Assembly: GCF_027924565.1 (NCBI RefSeq)
Contig: NZ_AP027041.1
Location: forward strand, 3,794,748-3,858,747
Length of the DNA: 64,000 nt
Direction of reading: 5' to 3'
Origin: Lysobacter auxotrophicus
GTDB lineage: Bacteria; Pseudomonadota; Gammaproteobacteria; Xanthomonadales; Xanthomonadaceae
Shown here in pieces: positions 24,579-35,331 of this stretch. The notes beneath the pieces were generated by a model, which was given only the letters and a program-made list of their open reading frames with translations, was not told the DNA's origin and did no database searches. Within the stretch, counting starts at the first letter, position 1; each line of letters opens with the position of its first letter. A program made the translations under genes and the position numbers.

Positions 24579-25625
24579 TCATGGCGAACGCATCGCCTCG
24601 ACCACCTTGAACCCGCCGTCCTGCGCGACGGTGCGCACACGCGTGAAATGCGCATCCAGCTCGGCCTCGTACGGCAGGTGGCGATTGGCCACCAGCCACA
24701 GGCGGCCGCCCGGGTTCAGCGCCTGCGCGGCGACGGCGATGAAACGACGCCCGATATCGGGACGATCGCCGCGCCCCTGCGCATGGAACGGCGGATTGCA
24801 GACGATGACGTCGTAGCGCCCATCGATGCCGCGCGTGACGTCGTGCCAGTGGAACTGCAGCGCGACGCGCCCGGCGAACGACGCGAGGTTCGTGCGCGCC
24901 AGATCCAGCGCGCGACGCTCCGCTTCGTAAAGGTCGACGGCGCGGATGCCCGGGCAGCGCGTCAGCAGTTCCGCGGTGAGATAGCCGTAACCGGCGCCCA
25001 GGTCGGCCGCGTGGCCGGCGAGGTCGTGCGGCAGGTGCGAGGCGAGCAGTCGCGATGCGGCGTCGATGCGGTCCCACGCGAACACGCCGGGGCGGCTGGT
25101 GAAGCGGCCCTCGGCGATGGGACGCGGCGCATCGGCCCGGGCCCACTGCGTGGCGAGCGCGGCGTCGGCGGGCCCGTCGATGGGCGCCGTCCAGAACACG
25201 CGGCATTTGTTCTTCGACAGGCTCGATACCGGCCCCGCGATGCGCGCCAGGTCCGCTTCACCGGATTTCGCGCCCTCGTTGTTCGGCACGCACGCGACGA
25301 CGCGCCCGCCCGGCGCGCAGCGGGCAACGGCGCGCGCGAGGAGCGCACGGGCTTCGTCGCGCTGGCGCGGCGGCAGCACGAGCACGAGCGGCACGCGCGA
25401 GGTCTCGTTTTCATCGGCCAGCGACAGGCCCGAGCGTTCCAGCGCCTCGGCGGCAGGTCGGAAACTCTGCTCGCAACGCAGGCCCGGCCAGGCGCGCTGA
25501 TGCAGCGGCCAGCCGTCGCGCGCGCGCAGGAACAGCGCGCCGCCGGACGACGGCCACGCGAGCGTGGCGTCGATGAACGGCAGGAACAAGGTTTCCAGTG
25601 CGTCGTCGCCGACGTCGGCGCGCAT
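24579..25625 (-). CDS. rsmC: rRNA (guanine-N2)-methyltransferase, RsmC-like
   Basis: DLGAGYGYL SAM-binding site and VIVCNPPFH motif in the C-terminal domain. ~348 aa. Confidence 0.75.
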   Translation of the reverse strand: MRADVGDDALETLFLPFIDATLAWPSSGGALFLRARDGWPLHQRAWPGLRCEQSFRPAAEALERSGLSLADENETSRVPLVLVLPPRQRDEARALLARAVARCAPGGRVVACVPNNEGAKSGEADLARIAGPVSSLSKNKCRVFWTAPIDGPADAALATQWARADAPRPIAEGRFTSRPGVFAWDRIDAASRLLASHLPHDLAGHAADLGAGYGYLTAELLTRCPGIRAVDLYEAERRALDLARTNLASFAGRVALQFHWHDVTRGIDGRYDVIVCNPPFHAQGRGDRPDIGRRFIAVAAQALNPGGRLWLVANRHLPYEAELDAHFTRVRTVAQDGGFKVVEAMRSP

Positions 25626-25749
25626 GGGCAGGTCCGAAGGTGTGATGGGGGTCAATTCTACCTGTGCGCGATGCGGCGGCCGGCCACGGCTTCATGCCGA
25701 TTCAACGCGCGGCGGGCCACCATCGCCGAAAGCCAAAAGGAGAATCGCG

Positions 25750-26010
25750 ATGCGCGCCCTTTTCGTCGGCGGTACGGTCGACAACAGCGAACTGGACATC
25801 GACGGCGCCGAGCCGCCGCTGCACTACCCCGAGAACACCGGCGGCGGCCGCCCGCGCTACCGGTTGCACCAGATCGGGGTTCGCGACGGCGAGATCGCCT
25901 ATGCCGTGTACGGCGCGCCGGAACTGGCGACGGAAGAAGTGGACCGCGTCATCGACGAGCGCGATTACGCGCGCCGCTTCAGCGCGAAGCCGCAGGCGGT
26001 GATGCAGTAG
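25750..26010 (+). CDS. Small hypothetical protein (86 aa)
   Basis: Strong RBS AAAAGGAG 8 nt upstream of the ATG. Codon usage consistent with the genome. No recognisable domain. Confidence 0.55.
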   Translation: MRALFVGGTVDNSELDIDGAEPPLHYPENTGGGRPRYRLHQIGVRDGEIAYAVYGAPELATEEVDRVIDERDYARRFSAKPQAVMQ

Positions 26011-26245
26011 GTTTTCTAGCCGACGACCCAGCGCTCCTGTAACCGGGGCAAGGCCGGAGGGCACGCCCAGGTTGCCGCCACGGTGACGCCGAGCGCATCG
26101 CCTGGGGAAGCGACCCTTCTCCCGTTCGCGGGAGAAGGTGCCGGCAAGCGGATGAGGGCGCAAGCGCACTGCACCGACGTGCCGAGGCTGCCGCTCCCAC
26201 CCCGGGCACGCTTCGCACATCCGGGCGACCAAGGCGTCAACGACG

Positions 26246-28753
26246 TCAGCTCTGCAACTCCCGCAACGTCACCGACGGCGGTGCATCCAGCACGCGCCGC
26301 GTCGCGAACATCCCCGCGAGTAGCGCCGCGAGCACGCCCGCCACTGCGCCGACAGCCGCCATGCGCCAATCCGCTTCCCACGGCAGGTCGAACACCTGCG
26401 TGGCGACCACGCCGGCGAGCAGCGATGCCGCGATCGCCGCGACGAGGCCCGACAGCAGCCCGATCGCGATGAATTCCGACGCCTGCGCCAGCCGCAGCTG
26501 CCGGCGGCTGCCGCCGATGGCGCGCATCACGCCGCCTTCGAGCAGGCGCTCATCCTGGCTCGCACTCACCGCCGCCATCAGCACCAGCAGGCCGGCGACC
26601 AGCGAGAAGTAGAAGACAACCTCGACCACCGTCGACACCTGGTCCGCCGTGCTGCGTACCTGCTTGAGCACCGCGTCGATGTCGATGACCGACAGGTTCG
26701 GGAAGCGCTCGACCAGGTCCGCGGTGAAGCGCGTGCGCTGCGGCGGCACGCTCACCGCCGTGATGTGGCTGGCAGGGAAACCGTCCATCGAGCCCGGCGA
26801 GGCGATCACGAAGAAATTCGGCCGGAAGCTCTCCCATTCCACGCTGCGCAGGCTGGTGATGGTCCCCTCGAACGGCTGGCCGGCGATGTCGAACGCGATG
26901 CGGTCGCCGATCTTCCAGCCCAGCCGCTTGGCGAACTCCTCCTCGACCGACACTTCGGGTTTGGCGGGCTTGCCCGTCCAGAACGTGCCTTCGGTGACGC
27001 GGTTGTCGTCGCGCAGATGGTCGGCGACGGACAGGTTGAACTCGCGTTCGGCCAGGCGCTGCGCGCGCTCGCCCTGCTCCTGGTAATCCTTGCCGGTGAC
27101 GGGCTTGCCGTTGTGTTCGACCAGGCGTCCGCGAATCATCGGATACAGCGTCGGCGCGGCCACGCCCTGTTCGGCGATGAACGCGCGCACCGCGTCGACC
27201 TGGTCGTCCTGCACGTTGATGATGAAGCGGTTCGGCGCGTCGCTTGCGAGCGCGAGCTGCCAGCGGTCCAGCAGGTCCGTGCGCACGAAGGTGAGCAACA
27301 ACAACGCCATCAGGCCCAGGCCAAGCGCCGACACCTGCGCGATGCTCGTGCCGGCGCGGCGGCTCACGTTCGCCAGTCCGTAGCGCAGGCTGCCGCGCAG
27401 GCGCGATCGCACGCGCCTCACGACGAGGATCAGCGCCCACGCCAGCAGCCCGAGCACGAGCAGCGTCGCGGCGATGCCGCCGAGCATCGAGAAGCCCAGC
27501 GCGGCCGAACCCGCCTTCCACCACAGCAATGCGGCGAGGCCGACGAAGCCGGCGATGCCGACCAGCCACGCGCTCGGCTCGGTGGGATCCAGGTCGCGAC
27601 GCAGCACGCGCAGCGCCGGCACGCGGCGCAGCGCGAGCACCGGCGGCGCGCCGAACGCCATCAGCACCACCAGCCCCACGGCGTATCCCTGCAACGCCGG
27701 CATCAGGCTCGCCGGCGGAATCGAGAGCTTGAGCGCCTGCGCGAGCCAGCCGCCGATCGCCCATTGCAGCGCGAACGCGAGCAGCACGCCGATGGTGCTC
27801 GCGATCACGCCGAGCATCAGCAGTTCGCCGACCTGGATGCCGACCAGCGTGCGCTGGCTCGCGCCGAGGCAGCGCATGACGGCCGTGCCCGACAGGTGGC
27901 GCGCACTGTGGCGTCGCGCGGCCATCGCCACGGCGACGGCGGCGAGCACGACCGACACGAGCGCGGCGAGGCCGAGGAAACGGCCGGCGCGATCGAGCGC
28001 GGAGCGGATCTCGGGCCGTGCATCGGAAATGGTTTCCAGCCGCTGGCCGCGACCGAGCGCGGGCTTCGCCTCCTGCACGAAGGTTTCCACCGCCGATGCG
28101 GGGCCGGCGACGACGAGGCGATAGCGGATGCGGCTGCCTTCCTGCACCAGCCCCGTCGACGGCACGTCGGCGAGGTTGAGGAACACCTTCGGCGCGACGT
28201 TGAAGTAATCCAGCGTCGCGTCGGGCTCCTGCACGACGAGTGCCGCGAGACGGAACTTCGCATCGCCCAGCGCGATCTCGTCGCCGGTTTTCGCGCCGAG
28301 CGTGTCGGCGCCGGCGCGGCTCATCCAGATCGTGCCGCGTGCGGGCACGGCATCGGCATCGCGCTCGACGCCGTCCGCGCCGCTCACGCGGAACGCGCCG
28401 CGCAACGGAAAACCTTCGCCCAGCGCGCGCAGATCGCCGAGTTGCAGTCGCTCGCCGACGCGCACCATCGTCTGCAGTTCGATGGTTTCGGTGCGTTGCA
28501 GTTGCGGCGCGTTGGCGGCCTCGCGAATGGCGCCGGCGATGGGCGCATCCGCGCGCACCACCGCATCGCCGCCGAGCAGGCGGTTGGCTTCGATCGCCAG
28601 CGCGCGTTCGGCGCGATCGGTGACGAAGCCGACCGCGGTAACGGCCAGCACCGCGAGCACGAGCGCCGCGATCAGGATGCGCACGTCGCCGGCCGCGAGA
28701 TCGCGACGCAGCTGGCGCCACGCGAGCGCGAACGCGTTCGGGGCGGCGCTCAC
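26246..28753 (-). CDS. ybbP: ABC transporter permease, YbbP family (two FtsX domains)
   Basis: 835 aa. 10 TM helices arranged as duplicated FtsX modules. The start (ATGA) overlaps the ybbA stop. Confidence 0.88.
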   Translation of the reverse strand: MSAAPNAFALAWRQLRRDLAAGDVRILIAALVLAVLAVTAVGFVTDRAERALAIEANRLLGGDAVVRADAPIAGAIREAANAPQLQRTETIELQTMVRVGERLQLGDLRALGEGFPLRGAFRVSGADGVERDADAVPARGTIWMSRAGADTLGAKTGDEIALGDAKFRLAALVVQEPDATLDYFNVAPKVFLNLADVPSTGLVQEGSRIRYRLVVAGPASAVETFVQEAKPALGRGQRLETISDARPEIRSALDRAGRFLGLAALVSVVLAAVAVAMAARRHSARHLSGTAVMRCLGASQRTLVGIQVGELLMLGVIASTIGVLLAFALQWAIGGWLAQALKLSIPPASLMPALQGYAVGLVVLMAFGAPPVLALRRVPALRVLRRDLDPTEPSAWLVGIAGFVGLAALLWWKAGSAALGFSMLGGIAATLLVLGLLAWALILVVRRVRSRLRGSLRYGLANVSRRAGTSIAQVSALGLGLMALLLLTFVRTDLLDRWQLALASDAPNRFIINVQDDQVDAVRAFIAEQGVAAPTLYPMIRGRLVEHNGKPVTGKDYQEQGERAQRLAEREFNLSVADHLRDDNRVTEGTFWTGKPAKPEVSVEEEFAKRLGWKIGDRIAFDIAGQPFEGTITSLRSVEWESFRPNFFVIASPGSMDGFPASHITAVSVPPQRTRFTADLVERFPNLSVIDIDAVLKQVRSTADQVSTVVEVVFYFSLVAGLLVLMAAVSASQDERLLEGGVMRAIGGSRRQLRLAQASEFIAIGLLSGLVAAIAASLLAGVVATQVFDLPWEADWRMAAVGAVAGVLAALLAGMFATRRVLDAPPSVTLRELQS

Positions 28754-29451
28754 GACGCCACCAGTCGGCCGCTGTCCAGGCGCAGCAGTCGTCCGCAGCG
28801 CGACGCGAGGTGCTCGTCGTGCGTCACCAGCACGAGCGTCGTGCCGGCCTGCGCATTCAGTTCGAACAGCAGTTCAATGATCGCCTGGCCCGTATGCGTG
28901 TCGAGGTTGCCGGTGGGCTCGTCGGCAAACAGCAGCGACGGTCGCGTGACGAACGCACGCGCGAGCGCGACGCGCTGCTGCTCGCCGCCGGACAGCTGGC
29001 GCGGATAGTGGTTGAGACGTTGTCCGAGCCCGACCTTCTCCAGGATGGCGCGTGCCGGCGCGTCTACGTCGCGATCGCCGCGCAGTTCGAGCGGAAGCAT
29101 CACGTTTTCCAGCGCCGTCAGCGACGGCAGCAGCTGGAAGTTCTGGAACACGAAGCCGACCTTCTCGCCGCGAACGCGCGCGCGGCCGTCTTCATCCAGC
29201 GTCGACAAGGCCTCGCCGTCCAGCACCACGCGGCCGCTGCTGGGCGTATCCAGGCCCGCGAGCAGCGACAGCAGCGTGCTCTTGCCCGATCCGGAGGCGC
29301 CGACTATCGCCACCGTATCGCCAGGCGCGATGTCGAACGTGACCTCGTCCAGGATGATCAGCTCGCCCGAGGGCAGCATCACGCGCTTGCCGAGGCAGGC
29401 CACCTGAAGCGCCGCTTGAGTCCGCGTGCGCGGTGCGATGGAATCGGCCAT
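28750..29451 (-). CDS. ybbA: ABC transporter ATP-binding protein, YbbA/LolD-like
   Basis: Walker A GASGSGKST, signature LSGGEQQR, Walker B LLFADEPT. Confidence 0.9.
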   Translation of the reverse strand: MADSIAPRTRTQAALQVACLGKRVMLPSGELIILDEVTFDIAPGDTVAIVGASGSGKSTLLSLLAGLDTPSSGRVVLDGEALSTLDEDGRARVRGEKVGFVFQNFQLLPSLTALENVMLPLELRGDRDVDAPARAILEKVGLGQRLNHYPRQLSGGEQQRVALARAFVTRPSLLFADEPTGNLDTHTGQAIIELLFELNAQAGTTLVLVTHDEHLASRCGRLLRLDSGRLVAS

Positions 29452-29509
29452 GTTCGTCCTTATGCTCTGTTCGTTCATCGTCCACATCATGATTGGGAGC
29501 GCGGATTAA

Positions 29510-30232
29510 ATGTTCTTTAAGAAGACCACCGCCCGCGGTTCAGGCACCGCCCATAGGGGATATGCGCGCCTTGCGCACCGCCTGCAATGTGCCATCGGCT
29601 GGGTCGCGGCCGCGTCGCTGATGCTGGCGGTGGCCTTTCCCGCCTTCGCCCAGTCGGCCAAGGCTGCGCCCGCCGCGCAGCCCGCGCGCGCGGTGCTGGT
29701 GATGGGCGATTCGCTGTCGGCCGGGTACGGGCTCGCGGCGTCGCAGGGATGGGTCGCGCTGACCGCGGACCGCATCGCGAAGACGAAACCCGGCTGGCGC
29801 GTGGTGAATGCGAGCATCAGCGGCGAGACCACCGCCGGCGGCGCATCGCGCATCGAGGGCGAACTCAAGCGCAACAAGCCCGCGGTCGTGGTGATCGAGC
29901 TCGGCGCGAACGACGGCCTGCGCGGATTGCCGCTGGCGCAATCGCGCGCGAACCTCGACCGCATGATCGTCGCGTCGAAGAACAGTGGCGCGAAGGTGCT
30001 TCTGATCGGCATGCGCATGCCGCCGAACCTTGGGCGCGAATACACGCAGGCCTTCAGCGACAACTACACCGCACTGGCGAAACAGCACGGCGTGGCGTTG
30101 CTGCCGTTCCTGCTGGAACCCATCGCGACCGATCGCACCGCGTTCCAGGACGACAACCTGCATCCGGTCGCGAGCGCGCAACCGAAGTTGCGCGATCACG
30201 TGTGGACGCAACTCGCGCCGCTGTTGCGTTGA
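29510..30232 (+). CDS. tesA: SGNH/GDSL arylesterase / acyl-CoA thioesterase I
   Basis: GDSLSAGYG motif, GANDGLRG, DxxH near the C-terminus. Divergent from ybbA, as in E. coli. Confidence 0.88.
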   Translation: MFFKKTTARGSGTAHRGYARLAHRLQCAIGWVAAASLMLAVAFPAFAQSAKAAPAAQPARAVLVMGDSLSAGYGLAASQGWVALTADRIAKTKPGWRVVNASISGETTAGGASRIEGELKRNKPAVVVIELGANDGLRGLPLAQSRANLDRMIVASKNSGAKVLLIGMRMPPNLGREYTQAFSDNYTALAKQHGVALLPFLLEPIATDRTAFQDDNLHPVASAQPKLRDHVWTQLAPLLR

Positions 30233-30881
30233 TTCGCTGATCGCATTGCATGCATACGACCGTTCATTTCCCGACGAACGGTCTTGCATTCGTTTTTACG
30301 AATGCGTAACTTGCGCGACCTTCGTTGCACCACAAACTTTTCGAGTCAGTCGATCCTCATGAACGCCGTCGCCCACATCGCCAAGCGCCACGCACTGCAG
30401 CCGAACGGCCGCGGTCTGTGCGCGTTCGCGCCGCGACTGCGGGACGAAGGCACGTCCATCGACTGATCTCCTGCACACGGGAGATCGGTCACCCCGATCT
30501 CCCCGAGGCAATGCGAACGCCCTCGGGTCCACACCCGGGGGCGTTTTGTTTCCAGCGTTCGCAAAGGCCAGTCACACACGATCACAACGCGATTGCATCG
30601 CGCATCCCGAAGCATCCGGAGCATTGCTGGTTCCGATGAGGGGAATGCCGTGAAGCGCATCGGCGCTGCGCCTGGATGCTTCGGCGCGGGCGGCGGGCGG
30701 GTGCATTCGCAAACAGGATTGACGCTTCGGCCATCGTTCGCGATGGAACGCGGCGGCAATGAACGACGCATCACGCAGTACATCCACAGCGGTGCAGGTT
30801 TGCGGCGGAAGCCGTGCCTGCCCGGTGCGCGCGGCCGTGCCGTGGCGCATGCCGTGCATGCATTGCGGTGCGTCGTGCCAA

Positions 30882-30951
30882 GGGCAGTAGCTCAGCGGGA
30901 GAGCAATGGCGCATGCCATCGGTCGCCGGTTCGAGTCCGGCTTGCCCACCA
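30882..30951 (+). ncRNA. tRNA-like element 1 (likely tRNA mimic or pseudo-tRNA; truncated anticodon arm)
   Basis: U8-A9, D-arm GCTC-AGCGGGA-GAGC, variable CGGTC, T-arm GCCGG-TTCGAGT-CCGGC, 6-bp acceptor + ACCA. The anticodon arm is only ATGGC-GCAT-GCCAT (4-nt loop). Confidence 0.5.
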
Positions 30952-31022
30952 CTGGATAGCTCAGTCGGGTAGAGCATCAGGCCAATAACCTGAGAGTCGC
31001 GGGTTCGATTCCCGCTCCAAAC
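30950..31022 (+). ncRNA. tRNA-like element 2 (pseudo-tRNA; defective acceptor stem, no CCA)
   Basis: D-arm GCTC-AGTCGGGTA-GAGC, anticodon arm TCAGG-CCAATAA-CCTGA (C33, 'AAT'), variable GAGTC, T-arm GCGGG-TTCGATT-CCCGC. The acceptor strands pair at only 4 of 7 positions. Confidence 0.45.
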
Positions 31023-31436
31023 GACCTTTCACGTCGTTGCACACCGGGACGAAAGTCCCTCCACGGAAACACCCCTTGCGGTGTTCCGCCGAACGCGTCG
31101 CTTCGTGCGTCGCGCGAAACGGAAACCGCAGCGGTGGATCCGCCGGGCTGCCGCCCTAGGGCGTGCCTGCGCTGGTGGTTCGCGTTTCGATCGCACGGCG
31201 TGTTCGTGCATCGGGGTTCGACGGCCTTCGCAGTGCATGCATCGAACGCGACGTGCTCCGCGGGTTCGGCGTCACGGGGTGTTTCCAACTTTTTCGATGT
31301 GCGCTGCGCCTGGCATTTCAGCGCTGTGCACCTCACGCCTCCTGCGCACTCGCGCAAGGAGCGAGCTACACGCGGCGACCGATCCCTCGCGCACCAAGCG
31401 GATCGGACCACCAGAGCCAACAAGGAGGACATTCCG

Positions 31437-32564
31437 ATGTTCTGGACCAAGAAGGTCGTGATCGGTGACGGCGAGCGCGGCCTGGTGTATCGCAACCGTC
31501 AATTCGCAGGCGTCATCGCGCCGGGCGTGCACAAGTGGTTCGACCCGTTCGGCGCGGTCGAAGTGAAGGTGCACAACATCGCGCTGCGCGCCGAGTACGT
31601 CGGCAGCGACGAGAACGCGCTGGTCGATGCACTGGGCGCGCGCCTAGCCGAAACCTTCGTGCTCGCCGACATCGGCGTGGACGAGGTCGGCCTGGTGATG
31701 AAGAACGGCCGTCTCGAGGAGGTGCTCGCGCCGGGCTCGCGCCGGTTGTACTGGAAGGGCCCGATCGCCGTGGCGATCCGCACGCTCGCGCTGCAGGACG
31801 AGCCGGACGTGCCGAACGATGTCGCCACGCGCCTGCGCCAGCTCGGTGTGCTCGAAAAGGTCGCCGTCGTGCTGGCGGTGCCGGCCGAGTTCGCCGGCCT
31901 GGTGTTCGTCGACGGCAAGCTCGCGCGGGTCGTCGGCGCGGGTTCGTACGCCTTCTGGAATTTCCGGAAGAACGTCGTCGTGCAGGCGGTCGATCTTCGC
32001 GTGCAGTCGCTCGAGGTCTCCGGCCAGGAGCTGCTCACGCGCGACAAGGTCAGCCTGCGCGTGAACCTTGCCGCGAGCGTGCGCATCGTCGATCCGGTGG
32101 CCGCGATCACGAAGGTCGCCAAGTACGGTGACTACGTGTACCGCGAACTGCAGTTCGGCCTGCGCAAGGCGGTGTCCGCCAAGACGCTGGACGAACTGCT
32201 CGGCGACAAGGCGTCGCTGGATGCGGACATCTTCGCGTACGTGCGCGGTCGCGTCGGTGAGGTCGGTGCCGAGTTGCTCGGCGTCGGCGTCAAGGACGTG
32301 ATCCTGCCGGGCGAGATGAAGGACATCCTCAACGCGGTCGTGCAGGCGGAGAAGTCGGCGCAGGCCAACGTGATCCGCCGTCGCGAGGAGGCCAACGCCA
32401 CGCGTTCGCTGCTCAACACCGCGCGACTGATCGAGGAGAGCCCGGTGCTCATGCGCCTGAAGGAGCTGGAGGCGCTGGAGAAGATCACCGAGAAGATCGA
32501 CAAGCTCACCGTGTTCGGCGGCCTGGACGGCGTCATGAGGCAGCTGGTGAGCCTGAAGCAGTAA
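31437..32564 (+). CDS. SPFH/band-7 (stomatin/prohibitin-like) domain protein, no TM anchor, C-terminal coiled coil
   Basis: Perfect SD AAGGAGG upstream of the ATG. 375 aa. SPFH core followed by a coiled coil (AEKSAQANVIRRREEANATR…). Confidence 0.8.
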   Translation: MFWTKKVVIGDGERGLVYRNRQFAGVIAPGVHKWFDPFGAVEVKVHNIALRAEYVGSDENALVDALGARLAETFVLADIGVDEVGLVMKNGRLEEVLAPGSRRLYWKGPIAVAIRTLALQDEPDVPNDVATRLRQLGVLEKVAVVLAVPAEFAGLVFVDGKLARVVGAGSYAFWNFRKNVVVQAVDLRVQSLEVSGQELLTRDKVSLRVNLAASVRIVDPVAAITKVAKYGDYVYRELQFGLRKAVSAKTLDELLGDKASLDADIFAYVRGRVGEVGAELLGVGVKDVILPGEMKDILNAVVQAEKSAQANVIRRREEANATRSLLNTARLIEESPVLMRLKELEALEKITEKIDKLTVFGGLDGVMRQLVSLKQ

Positions 32565-32617
32565 GCTGCGTGCAGGCGAACGGATTCGCCTGCACGCCTT
32601 TCACAAGGAATGGAACC

Positions 32618-33844
<1,227 letters not shown>

Positions 33845-34004
33845 AGCAGGCCGCTTACGCGGCACGGCCGCGTGGCCTGCCGAATGCCCAGCCATGGAGG
33901 GCCGGGCTGGGCTTTCCGGAAGCCGGGTGCGTGACGCCATGGATGGCATCGGCGCTTCCTTCGAAGTGGCTTTCGTTCGAGGCGCCGCTTCGATCTTCAT
34001 CAAG

Positions 34005-34095
34005 CCGCTTTGTAGCCCGGGTAAGCGAAGCGCACCCGGGTTTCAGCCGCCTCGGCGAAGGCTCCCCGGGTGCGCTTCGCTTACCCGGGCTACAA
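34005..34095. repeat. REP inverted doublet (GTAG-type REP, REPIN-like)
   Basis: TGTAGCCCGGGTAAGCGAAGCGCACCCGGG …30 nt… CCCGGGTGCGCTTCGCTTACCCGGGCTACA. Other copies at ~20833-20910, 48925-48965, 54712-54795, 55168-55200, 60488-60578 and 61738-61835. Confidence 0.85.
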
Positions 34096-34240
34096 GAGCG
34101 GGCCCGGAAGGTTGGATTGCGCTTCGCCGGGAAACGACGGGTTCTTTCATGCATGGGAATGCGTGCGTGATCGCGCGCGCCGACCCTCACCCCAACCCCT
34201 CTCCCGGAGGGAGAGGGGCTCAACACAGGCGGCTTGAGCG

Positions 34241-34762
34241 CTACGCCAGCCCGCGCGGCAACTCCACATCCGCGCGCATCAACCGCGCGACACCCTGCCA
34301 GGCCAGCGACACCGCGAGGCAGCCGACGAGCAGGCCCGCCCAGTCGGCCGATTGCGGCGACAGCGTCGGCCACACGCGTTCGAACGCCGGCATCCACTGC
34401 GCGCCGTAAGCCGACACCGCGTAGAGCACCGCGATGGCGAGCGCCACGCCGAGCAGGCGAAGCAGCCAGCGTTCCAGCAGTTCGCCGGCCGCCGGCGTGC
34501 CTTCGACGTGACGCACGATCTGTGCGGCGAGGTCGTAGGGCACCGGCTCCATCGCGGGCGTGCGCAACGCGCGTGCGATGAGGCGGTATTCGGCCAGTCG
34601 CGAATCGGCCGGATCCAGCGGCTGTCCGCGCCGCTCCTGTTCCAGCGCGCGTTCCTGCGCCTGCCATTCGGCTTCCAGGCGCAGGGCGTCGAGGTTGCGC
34701 CAGGCGTTGCGGTTCATCGGCGGCTCGTCGCGGTCGGGCTTGCGATCGTCGGGTGTGTTCAT
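34241..34762 (-). CDS. Anti-sigma factor (single TM), partner of the upstream ECF sigma
   Basis: 173 aa. Cytoplasmic N-terminus, one TM helix (LLGVALAIAVLYAVSAY). 4-nt overlap with the sigma gene. Confidence 0.65.
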   Translation of the reverse strand: MNTPDDRKPDRDEPPMNRNAWRNLDALRLEAEWQAQERALEQERRGQPLDPADSRLAEYRLIARALRTPAMEPVPYDLAAQIVRHVEGTPAAGELLERWLLRLLGVALAIAVLYAVSAYGAQWMPAFERVWPTLSPQSADWAGLLVGCLAVSLAWQGVARLMRADVELPRGLA

Positions 34763-35331
34763 GCGGTCACTCCCATCCGGGCCTGCAGGCGTTCGCGCAG
34801 TCGCGCCCGGGTCCGGAACAGATGGCTCTTGATCGTACCTTCGGCGAGACCGGTGATGCGGGCGATCTCGACGATGGGCACTTCATCCAGGTGATACAGC
34901 GTCAGCAGCGTGCGCTGCAACGGCGGCAGCGATTCGATTTCCTCATGGAGACCGGCAGCGATCTCGGCATCGGCGCAGGCGGTTTCCAGATCGAAGCCAT
35001 CGCTCATCTGGTCCAGCAGCGAGATGCCGTCGTCCTCGTCGCCCACCGGCTCGACGATCGCGATGCGGCGCTTCTCCAGGTGCCGCTTGGCGACCGAATA
35101 GGCCACCTGTCCGATCCACGATTTCAGCGCGCTCTCGCCCCGGTACTGATGCAGGCACTGGTGCACGCGGAGGAAGGCCTCCTGGCACAGCTCGCGCGTG
35201 TCCTCCGGCTGGCGGACCATGCGCTGGATGATGTGCCAGCACAGGCCCTGGTACTCGCGCACGAGGCGTTCGAACGCGCCGGGCACGTTGCCCAGCACGG
35301 CGTCCACCAGCTTGCGGTCGTCCTCGGTCAC
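34759..35331 (-). CDS. ECF-type RNA polymerase sigma-70 factor
   Basis: Region 2 (LCQEAFLRVHQCLHQYRGESALKSWI) and region 4 HTH (EIARITGLAEGTIKSHLFRTRARLRE). Confidence 0.88.
   Translation of the reverse strand: MTEDDRKLVDAVLGNVPGAFERLVREYQGLCWHIIQRMVRQPEDTRELCQEAFLRVHQCLHQYRGESALKSWIGQVAYSVAKRHLEKRRIAIVEPVGDEDDGISLLDQMSDGFDLETACADAEIAAGLHEEIESLPPLQRTLLTLYHLDEVPIVEIARITGLAEGTIKSHLFRTRARLRERLQARMGVTA

Noticed and set aside
23192-24655. Single 487-aa ORF spanning HAD hydrolase and upstream sequence
   Set aside because: This is a read-through in the ORF track. The real genes are the HAD hydrolase (23192-23863) and rsuA (23860-24567), in different frames with an ATGA overlap.
30882-31022. Calling the two elements functional tRNA genes
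   Set aside because: Unit 1 has a 4-nt anticodon loop. Unit 2 has a broken acceptor stem, no CCA, C33 and a non-bacterial anticodon. They are kept as tRNA-like ncRNA rather than tRNA.
31081-31461. 126-aa ORF in the leader upstream of the SPFH gene
   Set aside because: Arg-rich and low-complexity, with no RBS. The region is better explained as an untranslated leader or ncRNA.
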